This document shows positions 28,307 to 38,630 of a stretch of 64,000 nucleotides of DNA, one piece after another. The DNA is taken from positions 1-64,000 of the forward strand of contig CAWEXO010000009.1 in assembly GCA_963813025.1 (NCBI GenBank). Reading direction: 5' to 3'. The translations under genes and the position numbers were made by a program. Source of the DNA: an uncultured Verrucomicrobiae bacterium. Its GTDB lineage: Bacteria; Verrucomicrobiota; Verrucomicrobiia; Chthoniobacterales; JAFAMB01. The notes under the pieces are model-generated. The model did not search any database and had not been told where the DNA came from. It was given only the letters and a program-made list of their open reading frames with translations. Numbering within the stretch: position 1 is the stretch's first letter; every line of letters starts with the position of its first letter.

Positions 28307-28525
28307 ATGGGACAAGGTTCATCCGGCAATGTTCTTGCCGCATTCATCAGCTTTTTTATTCCCGGCCTGGGGCAATTGGTTCAGGGCCGCTTATGGGCAG
28401 CTCTTCGGGTTTTCCTCGTGGCCGGTCTGTTCTACCTCCTTGGCGCGATCACCTTTGGACTGACGATACCGATTGGACACATTCTCGCCGCCTTGGACGC
28501 GGCGCTCTGGCGGGGGCCTCGCTAG
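28307..28525 (+). CDS. Small membrane protein (72 aa)
   Basis: MGQGSSGNVLAAFISFFIPGLGQLVQGR, a TM2-like IPGLGQ motif; the longer ORF upstream only translates the repeat. Confidence 0.8.
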   Translation: MGQGSSGNVLAAFISFFIPGLGQLVQGRLWAALRVFLVAGLFYLLGAITFGLTIPIGHILAALDAALWRGPR

Positions 28526-28579
28526 CGAGGCCCCTCCTCAGACCAGCAAGCGATGCTGTAGTTTAAAAGAGCGCTGAGA

Positions 28580-29686
28580 GTGGCATCGGCGGCACCCAAA
28601 CGCCCTCACTGTAAAGTCATGCAGAAGCTGAAATATCATGCGCCCGGCGCTCCGCCGGCTTTGTTGTTTGCTCCAACCGAGCACGTCGGGGTCAAGCCTG
28701 CGATTCGGCTGATTGAGTACGATGCCCATTCCTTCGAGGACCGGCCGATCGAAAATGTCGAAGAAATTTTACACTGTGCCGGCAACGCCAAGGTCAGCTG
28801 GATAAATATCGATGGGTTGGGTGATCCCGAGCTTTTGCGGCGTCTCGGCGCACAGTATCAAATCCATCCACTGGCGTTGGAGGACATTTTCACGACCGGT
28901 CAGCGGCCGAAGGTAAGTGAGTATGAGGGACATCTCTTTATCCTGCTCCAGATGGTTTACGCCGGAGAGGAGGAAGCGAGTCTGACGATGGCGCAGGTGA
29001 GCATCGTTCTTGGCCGAAACTTCGTTCTAACCGTGCTGGAAAAACCGGGGAGGGACGTTTTCGATGCTATCCGTCAGCGCGTTCGGGAAGGTGCCGGCAA
29101 CGCCCGTTTCATGCGCAACGATTACCTGGCCTATGCTTTGATCGATTCCGTGGTGGATCACTATTTTCCCGTAGTCGAGTCGGTTGGCGGAAGCATCGAA
29201 GAAACGCTCGAAATGGTGCTCGAGCGGCCGACCCGCGAGATGTTGCGCAATGTGCACGCCTTCCGCGGCACTCTCTCCCAGCTGCGTCGTACAGTCTGGC
29301 CGACACGCGACGTGCTCTCCCACTTGTGGCGCGATGATACCGGTCTGATCTCGGAGCGAACCAAGCCGTTCCTGCGCGACTGCTACGACAATACGATGGC
29401 GATCATCGACCTGCTCGAGGGCTATCGCGACGCTCTGCGGAGCATTCTCGATCTGTCCCTCTCGAGCTTGAGCATGCGCACCAACGAAGTCATGCGGGTG
29501 CTCACCGTGATCTCTTCAATCTTTATTCCTCTCATCTTTATCGTCGGGCTCTACGGGATGAACCCGAACAGCCCATTCAACATGCCGGGGCTGCGCTGGC
29601 GCTATGGATACCTGCTGGTGTTCGGGGTGATGCTTTGCCTGGCGATCGGAATGATCGTTTTCTTTAAGCGCAAGAAGTGGCTTTAG
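28580..29686 (+). CDS. corA: Magnesium/cobalt transporter CorA
   Basis: WINIDGL, IHPLALEDI, QRPK, TNEVMRVLT, YGMN, FKRKKWL; alternative start at 28619. Confidence 0.95.
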   Translation: MASAAPKRPHCKVMQKLKYHAPGAPPALLFAPTEHVGVKPAIRLIEYDAHSFEDRPIENVEEILHCAGNAKVSWINIDGLGDPELLRRLGAQYQIHPLALEDIFTTGQRPKVSEYEGHLFILLQMVYAGEEEASLTMAQVSIVLGRNFVLTVLEKPGRDVFDAIRQRVREGAGNARFMRNDYLAYALIDSVVDHYFPVVESVGGSIEETLEMVLERPTREMLRNVHAFRGTLSQLRRTVWPTRDVLSHLWRDDTGLISERTKPFLRDCYDNTMAIIDLLEGYRDALRSILDLSLSSLSMRTNEVMRVLTVISSIFIPLIFIVGLYGMNPNSPFNMPGLRWRYGYLLVFGVMLCLAIGMIVFFKRKKWL

Positions 29687-29691
29687 GGGCC

Positions 29692-29956
29692 CGAATGGCG
29701 GGTGGCGGGTCCCGAGTCACGAGTCACGGGTCCCGAGTCCGAGTGGCGAGTCTCGGGTAACGCGGACGGCCTCGTTTGTACCTTTGTCCAAACACCTGGC
29801 GACCCTGTGTATCCCAATAGCCTGGCTTGGTTTGCCGTCGTGCGAAGGGGTTGCCTCGCGACCTGCGAGACGTGGTCCTCAGAATACGGACGAGGCCGTC
29901 CGCGTTACCCGGGACTCGGGACCGGGGACTCGCTACTCCCGCCTCGTTACCCGGAC
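29692..29956. repeat. Long inverted repeat: heptamer arms around a REP-like doublet, between convergent genes
   Basis: Perfect 22-bp pair CGGGTAACGCGGACGGCCTCGT (29754-29775) / ACGAGGCCGTCCGCGTTACCCG (29890-29911), flanked by CGAGTC(A/C) and GGACTCG heptamer runs. Confidence 0.85.
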
Positions 29957-30621
29957 TTCTCCGTCACGAGCGGACCTCGCCTTTTATAGAAATCGTACCG
30001 GGCCAGGATCGAGCGGATGTACTGAGCCGTCGAGGGAAAGTCGATGCTCTGTTCGAAGGTTTGCGAATCGATTGGCCCGGTCGTTCTCCGCGCCGCGTTC
30101 CGCACCCAACGATCGACCCGGCTGCGTCCGGCGTTGTATTCTGCCAGAGCAAACGGCACGACGTCAGGCTGATTGTTCCAGCGCTGCATCGCTTTGGCAA
30201 GGTACCAGGCGCCTATCTCCAGGTTGGTTTCAGGGTCAAAGAGCTGTTGCGGATCAATCGGAGGCCGGCCATTGGCCGCGGCCCATTCGCGCGCCGCGAT
30301 TCCCGAAATCTGCATCAGCCCACGTTCCCCGTTGCGGCCGACCATATCGGATTGAAAACGGCTCTCGCGCCAGACGATTGCTTTGACGAGCCGCGGATCA
30401 AGATTGTGCTCGCTCGCCACCCTAGCGATCACGCTGTCGAATTGCCGGTAGTCTCGCCAATTCTTGAGCTCACGCAAAACGTAGAAGGGATCTCTCGACC
30501 GCACCACCAGGAAGCTGACCGCGGTCAGGCCACCGAGCAAGACCACCGCGCATACTTTGGCCACCAGCGCCAGAACCGGTCTGAACGAGTCGCCTTTGCG
30601 CGGTTTAGAGTTCGACGGCAT
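29947..30621 (-). CDS. Lytic transglycosylase (SLT domain)
   Basis: AIVWRESRF, GLMQI, LFDPETNLEIGAWYL, AEYNAG; N-terminal TM; alternative start at 30639. Confidence 0.93.
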   Translation of the reverse strand: MPSNSKPRKGDSFRPVLALVAKVCAVVLLGGLTAVSFLVVRSRDPFYVLRELKNWRDYRQFDSVIARVASEHNLDPRLVKAIVWRESRFQSDMVGRNGERGLMQISGIAAREWAAANGRPPIDPQQLFDPETNLEIGAWYLAKAMQRWNNQPDVVPFALAEYNAGRSRVDRWVRNAARRTTGPIDSQTFEQSIDFPSTAQYIRSILARYDFYKRRGPLVTEKSG

Positions 30622-30637
30622 TAGTACTACATCATCC

Positions 30638-32857
30638 ATGGAGCAACGCTATGCGCGAGTCGTCACCGATGACCCGACCGACAAAGAGCTAGATTACCTC
30701 ATTCCCGAGCAGTGGGCGAGTGAAGTTCAGATCGGTTCGCGCGTCCGCGTCCCTCTCCGCGCTCGAGAAGTCCTCGCCACTGTCGTCGCCGTTGTCGCCC
30801 AATCGTCCGTAGCCCAGCCCAGGAGTGTTTCCGGCCTGGTTTCCGCGTTTCCCATCCTCCGGCCGAGCTTGATCCAGCTGGCGCGGTTTATGGCTGACTA
30901 TTATGGGTGCGGCATTGAGGCAGCAATTCGCACCATGCTACCCACGGTCGTGCGCCGCGCGGAGCTTGGGTTTAAACGTTTGCGGACGGTTCGTTTGCTG
31001 CGGCTGCCATCACCCGACGATCTGGCGGCTTTAGAGAAGCGCGCGCCGCGCCAGGCCGAGGTGCTGCGGCAAGCGGCCTCGCTGCAAGGGCCGATTGCCT
31101 GGAAAGAACTCGTACTAAAGGCAGGGACTACGGACCGGATGGTCCAGCAGTTGGTCGATCGCGGCTGGCTGCAGATGAGTTTTGAAACCCAGGACCGGGA
31201 TCCCTATGGTTCCGAGAGCTTTGTTGCCACTAAGCCGCTCGTGTTAAATCCTGCTCAGCAAGCGGCTCTCCAGCTTATCCTGCAGTCAGTCGCCGAGCAG
31301 AAAACCCGGCCAATTCTGCTTCACGGAATCACGGGCAGCGGAAAGACCGAGATCTATTTGCAAGCGATCGAGCACTGTCTCGCGCGAGGCGCCGGAGCGC
31401 TCGTGCTCGTGCCGGAGATCGCCTTGACGCCGCAAACAGTGGAGCGTTTCAAGATGCGATTTTCGAGTGAATTGATTGCTGTGCTGCACAGCCATCTGTC
31501 GGCAGGCGAGCGTCATGATGAGTGGCATAAGCTTAACCAGGGACGTGCGCGGATCGCCATTGGGGCGCGCAGCGCGGTCTTTGCTCCAGTAAATTCCTTG
31601 GCCTTGCTCGTCGTCGATGAAGAACATGAGAATTCCTATAAACAGGAGGAAACACCGCGGTACCAAGCCCGCGATTTGGCGGTGGTACGGGCTCAGCTTG
31701 AGAACTGTGCGGTGGTGCTCGGCAGCGCTACGCCGTCAATCGAGAGTTACTTCAACGCCTCTACCGGCAAATATCATCTGAGCAAGCTCGAGGCGCGAGT
31801 GGATGACCGGCAGCTGCCCTCGATCCGGATCGTCGATATGCGCCAGGAGTTTCGTAAGCAACGCGAAGTCTCGCTCATCTCAAACCGGCTCGGCCTCGCT
31901 ATCGAAGAACGGTTAAACCGCAACGAACAAACGATCCTTTTTCTCAATCGGCGAGGTTTTGCCACCTCGCTGGTCTGCCGGCAGTGCGGTTATGTGGGCG
32001 AATGCCCAAACTGCAGCATCGCTTTGACGTATCATCTTTCCGAAAACCGGGTGAAATGCCATCTCTGCGGTCACCAGGCGTTGGTTCCCAGAAAGTGCCC
32101 AAAGTGTGACGATCCGGCTATCCGGTACGCCGGTTACGGAACCGAAAAGATCGAAGGCGTCGTGCAAAAGCTTTTTCCGAAAGCGGCTATCGCGAGGATG
32201 GATGCGGATTCGATGGCGCGCCGGGACGCTTACCGGCAGACTCTTGGAGCATTCCGCACGGGTAAAATCGATATTCTTATTGGCACGCAGATGATCGCCA
32301 AAGGCCTCGACTTTCCCAGGGTGACGCTCGTGGGAATACTTAACGCGGACATTGGACTTCATCTTCCTGATTTTCGGGCCGGCGAACGCACGTTTCAGCT
32401 CCTGACCCAAGTCGCCGGGCGGGCCGGTCGCGGAGAAAGCGCGGGCGAAGTGTACGTCCAGAGCTCGACTCCTTTCAGCCCGTCCATCCAGTTTGCACGA
32501 CACCATGATTTTACCGGGTTTTGGGAACAGGAGATCGAATTTCGCGAAAAGTGCGAATACCCGCCTTTTGTGCATTTGCTGCTTATTCAGATTCGCTCAG
32601 AACATCAGCGGCGGGCCGAATTCTCAGCGGAGACGCTTCATCGCCGTCTCGACGAGAAAGTCCAGCCGGACACTATTCTGCATCCGGTCGTGCCGGCGCC
32701 GATCGAGCGGACAAAGGGATTTTACCGGTTCCAGATCATGCTGAGATCTAAAGCGATTTTGCGTCTAAGCCGGACCGTGCGTGCGGTGCTGGACCAGTTG
32801 ACTCTTCCGGAAGACGTCCTGGTCTCTATGGATGTCGATCCGTACAGCCTGTTATAA
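30638..32857 (+). CDS. priA: Primosomal protein N'
   Basis: GITGSGKTEIY, VPEIALTPQ, DEEH, LNRRG, Cys-rich zinc region, GTQMIAKGLDFP, QVAGRAGR, DVDP. Confidence 0.98.
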   Translation: MEQRYARVVTDDPTDKELDYLIPEQWASEVQIGSRVRVPLRAREVLATVVAVVAQSSVAQPRSVSGLVSAFPILRPSLIQLARFMADYYGCGIEAAIRTMLPTVVRRAELGFKRLRTVRLLRLPSPDDLAALEKRAPRQAEVLRQAASLQGPIAWKELVLKAGTTDRMVQQLVDRGWLQMSFETQDRDPYGSESFVATKPLVLNPAQQAALQLILQSVAEQKTRPILLHGITGSGKTEIYLQAIEHCLARGAGALVLVPEIALTPQTVERFKMRFSSELIAVLHSHLSAGERHDEWHKLNQGRARIAIGARSAVFAPVNSLALLVVDEEHENSYKQEETPRYQARDLAVVRAQLENCAVVLGSATPSIESYFNASTGKYHLSKLEARVDDRQLPSIRIVDMRQEFRKQREVSLISNRLGLAIEERLNRNEQTILFLNRRGFATSLVCRQCGYVGECPNCSIALTYHLSENRVKCHLCGHQALVPRKCPKCDDPAIRYAGYGTEKIEGVVQKLFPKAAIARMDADSMARRDAYRQTLGAFRTGKIDILIGTQMIAKGLDFPRVTLVGILNADIGLHLPDFRAGERTFQLLTQVAGRAGRGESAGEVYVQSSTPFSPSIQFARHHDFTGFWEQEIEFREKCEYPPFVHLLLIQIRSEHQRRAEFSAETLHRRLDEKVQPDTILHPVVPAPIERTKGFYRFQIMLRSKAILRLSRTVRAVLDQLTLPEDVLVSMDVDPYSLL

Positions 32858-32864
32858 GATCTTT

Positions 32865-32895
32865 GTCGCGCACGGAGGTGACGGAGCACGCGGGG
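32865..32895 (+). repeat. CACGGAG-type 9-periodic intergenic repeat
   Basis: 25/31 identical to 37973-38003; a weaker copy lies near 12975-13005. Confidence 0.6.
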
Positions 32896-32979
32896 ACTGC
32901 TCACGCCTCAACCTGGTGGCAGCCGGATATGTGGGGTGTCTTCGATTTTACGGACAGGTGCTAGGCTAGGAACCTGAAG

Positions 32980-33420
32980 GTGAACGAAGAACAACAGCCA
33001 TTCGCTCCGAATTGCCATCTGCGGGCTGTCCGCTTATTATTTACCAGAATGACCGCCGACTGGCAGCAATTCGTCGAACTTCACGCCGATGATCAGGCGG
33101 ACGAACTGGATTTGGATTCTTTGCTGCCCGGCGACACCCTGCGAGTCATTACCAGCCACACGCAATACGTTTTTCATATGATTGATCGCCAGGAAGCAGA
33201 GTTGCGGTCTTCGCGCTCCGATCGACCTGCCGGAAGAGTCCGGATCGCCGGTTGCGGTTATGGGTTTGCGTCATCGTTCAAGCCGAGACGGCTTTTCTGT
33301 GGTGGTCGGCTGGAATTCACGTTCGCCCGAGACAATGAGCGAGCCCGGTTCCGGACCACGTCGATCCAGGCGATCGTGCATCGTCAGACGAAGGACGTCC
33401 GGAGGGGTGGCGGCGGATAG
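32980..33420 (+). CDS. Hypothetical beta-rich protein
   Basis: Fills the gap between priA and the MFS gene with plausible composition; the start may be 33049. Confidence 0.65.
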   Translation: MNEEQQPFAPNCHLRAVRLLFTRMTADWQQFVELHADDQADELDLDSLLPGDTLRVITSHTQYVFHMIDRQEAELRSSRSDRPAGRVRIAGCGYGFASSFKPRRLFCGGRLEFTFARDNERARFRTTSIQAIVHRQTKDVRRGGGG

Positions 33421-33523
33421 GACCGATCGGGCCTATTGGAGCATAGGTCCCATAGGTCCCATTGAACGCCGGGACTCGCGAAATCGGTGGTTCTGGCCCG
33501 GTTCCCGACTATGATCAAACGCC

Positions 33524-34852
33524 GTGGCCGAGCTTCCGGAGAAAGCAAAATACGCTCACCAATTCAGCCTCCATAACGCGATCAATTTTCAGATCACGCT
33601 CGGAGCGCCGATGATTATCTATGCCAAAACGCTCGGAGCGAGTTCGACGACCATCGGCATCATCGCCGCTTTGGCTCCGTTGATGACCGTCCTGCAATTG
33701 CCGGGAGCGTATTTCATCCCGAAGATCGGCTACAAAAGTTTCGTCTTGCTCGGTTGGTTTTCGCGTACCCTGATCGTTTTCAGCCTCGCTTTCCTGCCGA
33801 TGGCCACCTTTTTTGACCAAGCGACGAAAATGAGCCTGCTCCTGATGTGCCTCTTTGTCTTTAACGTCCTGCGCGGAGTCTCGACCGGGGCCTGGTTGCC
33901 CTGGTTGACCTCACTGGTCCCGGAGGAGCAACGTGGCGAATTCCTGCGGCGGGACCAGTTACATTTGCAATTTGGGGGGGTCATCGCGCTGGCCATTTCT
34001 TCTCTGATACTCTGGACACATCCGCGGAATTCGCACTTTACGCTCTTGTTTTTCCTGAGCGCCCTCGCCGGCACTTTGAGCCTTCTTTTTATCAAACTCA
34101 CCCCGGACGTGGAGATGGGAGAACAAGCGCGCGGATCGGGGCAGCCAGTCCCGTGGTTGGAAATTTTGCGGTACCCGCCGTTCACGAAGCTTCTGATGTT
34201 CAACGTAGTTTATAACTGGGTCGTCGGCGGGATCGGCGCTTTCGTGATTGGCTACCTAAAAACCAATGGAGGCTTTTTCGACGGGCAGGTCCTGCTCTGC
34301 GGTCTGATGTTGTTCATCGGCGCATTTGCCAGTTTGCCCTTGTTTGGGCGTCTGCTGGAGCGAACCGGCAGCAAGCCGATTCTCCGGATCGGGCTGGTCT
34401 GCTACCTTTGGGCGGTGCTTTGCTGGCTGCTCGTCGCTGCCGGTTTGCTGGAGACGACTCCCGTGGTGATCGGACTTGTTTATTTTATTATGGGAGTCGC
34501 TGGCGGCCTCTTTTCGATCGCCAACACCAAAATTGCGATGGACACAATGCCGACGATGGGCCGAAACCATTTTTTTTCGTTGTTCACCGTTTTCGCCTCC
34601 TTGAGTCTTGGTCTTTCCCCGATCTGCTGGGGTATCATGCTCGACGTGGTGGGGACCTGGGAAACCAAACTCGGCCCGGTGTCGATCAATCGATACAGTA
34701 TCTACTTCGGCTTGCTGGTCCTTCTGGTCCTGTGGACATTTGGACTGGCTCGCCCGTTGGTCGAGCGGCGCGGTGAACCGATTTCGCTGGCTTTGCGGGA
34801 TGCCGTGATCTATCGGCGGCTTCGTTTGTTTGGCCGTTTCCTGAATCGATAG
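33524..34852 (+). CDS. MFS transporter
   Basis: About 12 TM helices; WLPWLTSLVPEEQRGEF; GRLLERTGSK loop motif. Confidence 0.9.
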   Translation: MAELPEKAKYAHQFSLHNAINFQITLGAPMIIYAKTLGASSTTIGIIAALAPLMTVLQLPGAYFIPKIGYKSFVLLGWFSRTLIVFSLAFLPMATFFDQATKMSLLLMCLFVFNVLRGVSTGAWLPWLTSLVPEEQRGEFLRRDQLHLQFGGVIALAISSLILWTHPRNSHFTLLFFLSALAGTLSLLFIKLTPDVEMGEQARGSGQPVPWLEILRYPPFTKLLMFNVVYNWVVGGIGAFVIGYLKTNGGFFDGQVLLCGLMLFIGAFASLPLFGRLLERTGSKPILRIGLVCYLWAVLCWLLVAAGLLETTPVVIGLVYFIMGVAGGLFSIANTKIAMDTMPTMGRNHFFSLFTVFASLSLGLSPICWGIMLDVVGTWETKLGPVSINRYSIYFGLLVLLVLWTFGLARPLVERRGEPISLALRDAVIYRRLRLFGRFLNR

Positions 34853-34901
34853 TTTGTGGGATTTGCTCCGCTGTGCCATGTATTGGCCTTCGTCTCTCTT
34901 G

Positions 34902-36260
34902 ATGGATACCGAAACTTCTCAACGGCCTGCCCCTTCAAGTGTAGCCCCCCGTGTCACCCGGACCGCGCGGCCCATTCGCCTGCCTTTCTCCGGTTTTATT
35001 GCTCTTCGCTATCTTCGGCCCAAACGAACGTTTCTTTCGCTGATCACGCTCATCTCGATTTTTGGGGTGGTTCTTGGGATAAGCGTGTTGATCATCGTGA
35101 TTTCGGTGATGACCGGCTTCGAACGCGAACTGATCCGCAAGATCATCGGCTTCGAATCCGACATCATGATTCGCAGCCCACAACTGATCACCGATTGGCG
35201 GGAGATTCTGACCAAAGTCGAGCATACCCCGGGGGTGCTAGCTGCTGCACCGGTCATGCAGGGGCGGGTCATTGCGGAATTCCAGAACCGGCGCTTGTCG
35301 CCCTGGCTGCTGGGCGTTGAACCCGAGAAACAACGGGCCGTTACCGATTTCGAGCATTTCATCGTGGCCGGGAAATTCGATCTGACCGGCGACACCTGTG
35401 TGATCGGGACGGATCTCGCCGAAAGCCTTGGCTGCAGCGTCGGGGACACGCTAACGATCTATTCACCCGGCAATCTGGGTGTGATTACCGATGAACTAAA
35501 GAAGGCGGAGAATGAACCCGGCAATAAAGAGCACGTCCAAAAGGCGCTCAATCTTGTGTTGCCAACCCAGTTGACGATAGCCGGCCTCTTCAACTCGGGT
35601 CGGTACGTTTACGACTCCGAGTACGTCGTCGTCCCGCTTCACGTCGGGCAGGAAGCTTATGGGCTGGGCGACGCTATTCACGCCATTCAGGTAAAAACCG
35701 GCGACCCGTTTCGCGCTGACGAAGTAAAGGCCCGCCTGAACAAATTCCTGCCCGAGCCAGTCGCGGCGGTCACCTGGATCGACGATAATAAGGAATATTT
35801 TGATGCGATCCGGATTGAACGAACAACAATGTTTTTCGTTCTGATCTTCGTGGTCATCGTCGCCGCTTTCGGCATCATGAGTACCCTCATTACGACCACG
35901 GTCCAGAAAACGCGGGAGATTGGGGTCATGAAGGCACTGGGGGCTAAAGTCAGCCAGATTCTTTGGATTTTTCTGGCCCAGGGAATGATTGTCGGATTCT
36001 TTGGTACCCTCTTCGGCTTGGCGACCGGCATTATTCTGGTTCAGTATCGCAATGAGGTTCGCGATTTTCTCTCCGCGACTTTGCACATCCAGCTGTTTCC
36101 GGCCTCGGTTTATCAGTTCCCGGAAATCCCGGCGGAGATTGTGCCGCGCGACCTGCTGATCATCTGCCTGAGCGGCTTCATCATTTGTTCGATCGCCGCC
36201 TTGATCCCGGCGTATTTCGCGGCCCGACTCGATCCAGTTAAAGCGCTCCGGTTTGAGTAA
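34902..36260 (+). CDS. LolC/E-family ABC permease
   Basis: ALRYLRPKR, SVMTGFE, KTREIGVMKALGA, AARLDPVKALRFE. Confidence 0.93.
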   Translation: MDTETSQRPAPSSVAPRVTRTARPIRLPFSGFIALRYLRPKRTFLSLITLISIFGVVLGISVLIIVISVMTGFERELIRKIIGFESDIMIRSPQLITDWREILTKVEHTPGVLAAAPVMQGRVIAEFQNRRLSPWLLGVEPEKQRAVTDFEHFIVAGKFDLTGDTCVIGTDLAESLGCSVGDTLTIYSPGNLGVITDELKKAENEPGNKEHVQKALNLVLPTQLTIAGLFNSGRYVYDSEYVVVPLHVGQEAYGLGDAIHAIQVKTGDPFRADEVKARLNKFLPEPVAAVTWIDDNKEYFDAIRIERTTMFFVLIFVVIVAAFGIMSTLITTTVQKTREIGVMKALGAKVSQILWIFLAQGMIVGFFGTLFGLATGIILVQYRNEVRDFLSATLHIQLFPASVYQFPEIPAEIVPRDLLIICLSGFIICSIAALIPAYFAARLDPVKALRFE

Positions 36261-36261
36261 T

Positions 36262-36380
36262 CGATGATAGCCGAAAGCCATGGCCGATAGGCAATAGCCC
36301 ATGACTGATTACCAACTCGCTGATGGCCGATGTCCGACTACCGACAACCGATCACGGATGGCCGATGACCGACGACTGAT
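36262..36380 (+). repeat. Degenerate heptamer tandem repeat (CCGATRG/CCGATGA-like)
   Basis: GATAGCC GAAAGCC ATGGCC GATAGGC ... GATGGCC GATGTCC GACTACC GACAACC GATCACG GATGGCC GATGACC. Confidence 0.8.
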
Positions 36381-36386
36381 GTGTCT

Positions 36387-37856
36387 ATGACCGAAGAGAA
36401 CGAGCTGCTCGCCATCCGCCGGCAAAAGCTGAACCAGATCGCGTCGCTGAATATCGATCCTTTCGGAGGCCGTTTCGATGTCACGGATACGATTGGCGGC
36501 CTGCGCGCCCGGTTTAAGGAAGGCGAAAAGGTCCGTTTGGCCGGTCGGGTGACCGCTCACCGGAACATGGGGAAAAGTCAGTTTCTTGACCTCAACGACG
36601 TCACCGGCCGTCTGCAGATATTCATCAATCTGAAAAGTCTCTCACCCGACCAAGCTGAATGGTTCCAGTTGATCGACCTGGGAGACTTCCTCGGCGTCGC
36701 TGGCGAGTTCTTTTTGACCAGAACAAAAGAACCAACGGTTCGGGTGGAACATTTTGTGCTACTGACCAAGACGCTTCGGCCAATGCCCGATAAATGGCAC
36801 GGCCTGTCCGATATCGAGGCGCGTCATCGGCAGCGTTACCTGGACCTGATCAGCAACGCGCAATCTCGCGAAGTTTTTTTAAAACGAATCCGGATTGTCG
36901 CCGAGATCCGCCAGTTTCTTCAGTCGCGCGGCTTCCTGGAGGTCGAGACACCGATGATGCAAATGATGGCGGGCGGAGCGGCTGCTGAGCCTTTCCAGAC
37001 TCATCATAACGCGCTCGATGTGGATTTTTATCTGCGAATCGCGCCGGAGCTCTACCTGAAACGATTGCTGGTCGGCGGTTTTTCCAAAGTATTTGAGCTG
37101 AACCGAAACTTTCGCAACGAAGGGATTTCCCGACGACACAATCCTGAGTTCACCATGTTAGAGGCGTACTGGGCCTACGCGGATTTCGAAGCAATGGCCG
37201 AGTTGGTGGAGGAGCTGATCTGCCAAGTGGCGGAAACCGTCATTGGCACCCTGCAGATCGAACATCGGAACGCGGAGGGTCAGCCGATTCGAACGATCAA
37301 TCTTCAACGCCCCTGGCGCCGCACCCGGTATGAAGATCTTGTGCGGCAAATCGACCCGGATTGGTTCCAAAGATCGCTCCTGGAGAAGATCGCTCAGTGC
37401 CAGGCGCTCGGGGTCGAGCTTCGGTCGGCGAACATGGCGGAGTTTGCGATCACGCAGGAACTTTTCGAGAAGCTGATCGAGCCAACCATCATTGATCCGA
37501 CGTTTGTTACCCACCTGCCCGCGGAGCTCGTGCCTCTGGCCAAGCAGAATCGCGAACAACCGCGGCTTGTGGATGTCTACGAATTGATCATCAACGGACA
37601 GGAAATTTCGCCCGGCTACACTGAACTGAACGATCCAGTCGTGCAGCGCGATCGGCTCGAGACTCAGGCCGGTGAAGAGATCCAGAACCTTGATGAGGAT
37701 TTTCTGCTTGCCCTGGAGTATGGGATGCCTCCGGCGGGTGGTGTTGGCATCGGGGTCGACCGGCTGGTCATGACGCTGACTGGCGCCGAATCGATCCGGG
37801 ACGTGATTCTATTTCCGCAGCTGAGACCGAAGCCTGCATCGCTCACAAATCCTTAG
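36387..37856 (+). CDS. lysS: Lysine--tRNA ligase (class II)
   Basis: RQRYLDLI, YLRIAPELYLKRL, FRNEG, HNPEFTMLE, GMPPAGGVGIGVDRL. Confidence 0.99.
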   Translation: MTEENELLAIRRQKLNQIASLNIDPFGGRFDVTDTIGGLRARFKEGEKVRLAGRVTAHRNMGKSQFLDLNDVTGRLQIFINLKSLSPDQAEWFQLIDLGDFLGVAGEFFLTRTKEPTVRVEHFVLLTKTLRPMPDKWHGLSDIEARHRQRYLDLISNAQSREVFLKRIRIVAEIRQFLQSRGFLEVETPMMQMMAGGAAAEPFQTHHNALDVDFYLRIAPELYLKRLLVGGFSKVFELNRNFRNEGISRRHNPEFTMLEAYWAYADFEAMAELVEELICQVAETVIGTLQIEHRNAEGQPIRTINLQRPWRRTRYEDLVRQIDPDWFQRSLLEKIAQCQALGVELRSANMAEFAITQELFEKLIEPTIIDPTFVTHLPAELVPLAKQNREQPRLVDVYELIINGQEISPGYTELNDPVVQRDRLETQAGEEIQNLDEDFLLALEYGMPPAGGVGIGVDRLVMTLTGAESIRDVILFPQLRPKPASLTNP

Positions 37857-37881
37857 GAATTTGTGAGCGGTGCAGGCTGGG

Positions 37882-37924
37882 GCAGCAGACTCTCCGGCTG
37901 GGCCGGAGAGTCTGCTGCTTTTCT
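37882..37924 (+). terminator. Strong intrinsic terminator after lysS
   Basis: Perfect 17-bp stem GCAGCAGACTCTCCGGC-tgg-GCCGGAGAGTCTGCTGC followed by TTTTCT. Confidence 0.85.
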
Positions 37925-38057
37925 GCCACTTAACGCGTTGGAGCAGCGGGCCCCAGCATTGTTATCGATCAAGTCGCGCACGGAAATCACGAAGCACACG
38001 GAGAATGCCTTAGCCGTTAATCAGGCGATTAAATTAAAGCCAGTCGTAAAAGTCTCT

Positions 38058-38630
38058 TCAGCCCCGCTGGCGATTTCCTCGGATTAAGCAGTGGCCAATG
38101 GCATGCACAAAGGTGGCCAGGGCTGCACGGAGTGCCACAGCGAGCGCCTCGTTAGCAACAATAGCCTGCGCGTTTGGTTCCTGACCTTGGAGCGGGATCG
38201 TCAACGATGCGACCTCGATAATCCGCGCCGTCATTGTGGATAGAATCAATCGGAGTGCGGCTTGCGCCGTGGTTCCACGATCCGAGGTGTTCAGAAGGGC
38301 CACCGGCTTGCCTGGGAACTCGGAGCTGCCAACTAACCAGTCTAGGAGGTTCTTGAACGATCCCGGTACTCCGCGCGCGTATTCGGGGCACGAGATCAGC
38401 AGGCCGTCCGCAGTGCCGATAGCTGCCCGTAGAGCAATGATCGGGGAGGGTAGCCTGCTTGGATCCTCTTCGAGATCGGAGTTAAAATGCGGCAGCAAGT
38501 GAACTCCTTCATAAACGACCACCTCAACTTCGGGTGGCGCAAGCATCCCTGCCGCTCGCAGGAGGGCCGTATTCGAGGATTGAGACCGAAGGCTACCGGA
38601 GATGCCGAGCAGGCGAACGGAGTGAGTCAT
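38058..38630 (-). CDS. NADPH-dependent FMN reductase
   Basis: GSLRSQSSN, PEYARGVPGSFKNLLDW, GKPV. Confidence 0.93.
   Translation of the reverse strand: MTHSVRLLGISGSLRSQSSNTALLRAAGMLAPPEVEVVVYEGVHLLPHFNSDLEEDPSRLPSPIIALRAAIGTADGLLISCPEYARGVPGSFKNLLDWLVGSSEFPGKPVALLNTSDRGTTAQAALRLILSTMTARIIEVASLTIPLQGQEPNAQAIVANEALAVALRAALATFVHAIGHCLIRGNRQRG

Noticed and set aside
36262..36380. Possible CRISPR array
   Set aside because: 7-bp degenerate tandem units with no unique spacers; no cas genes in the window.
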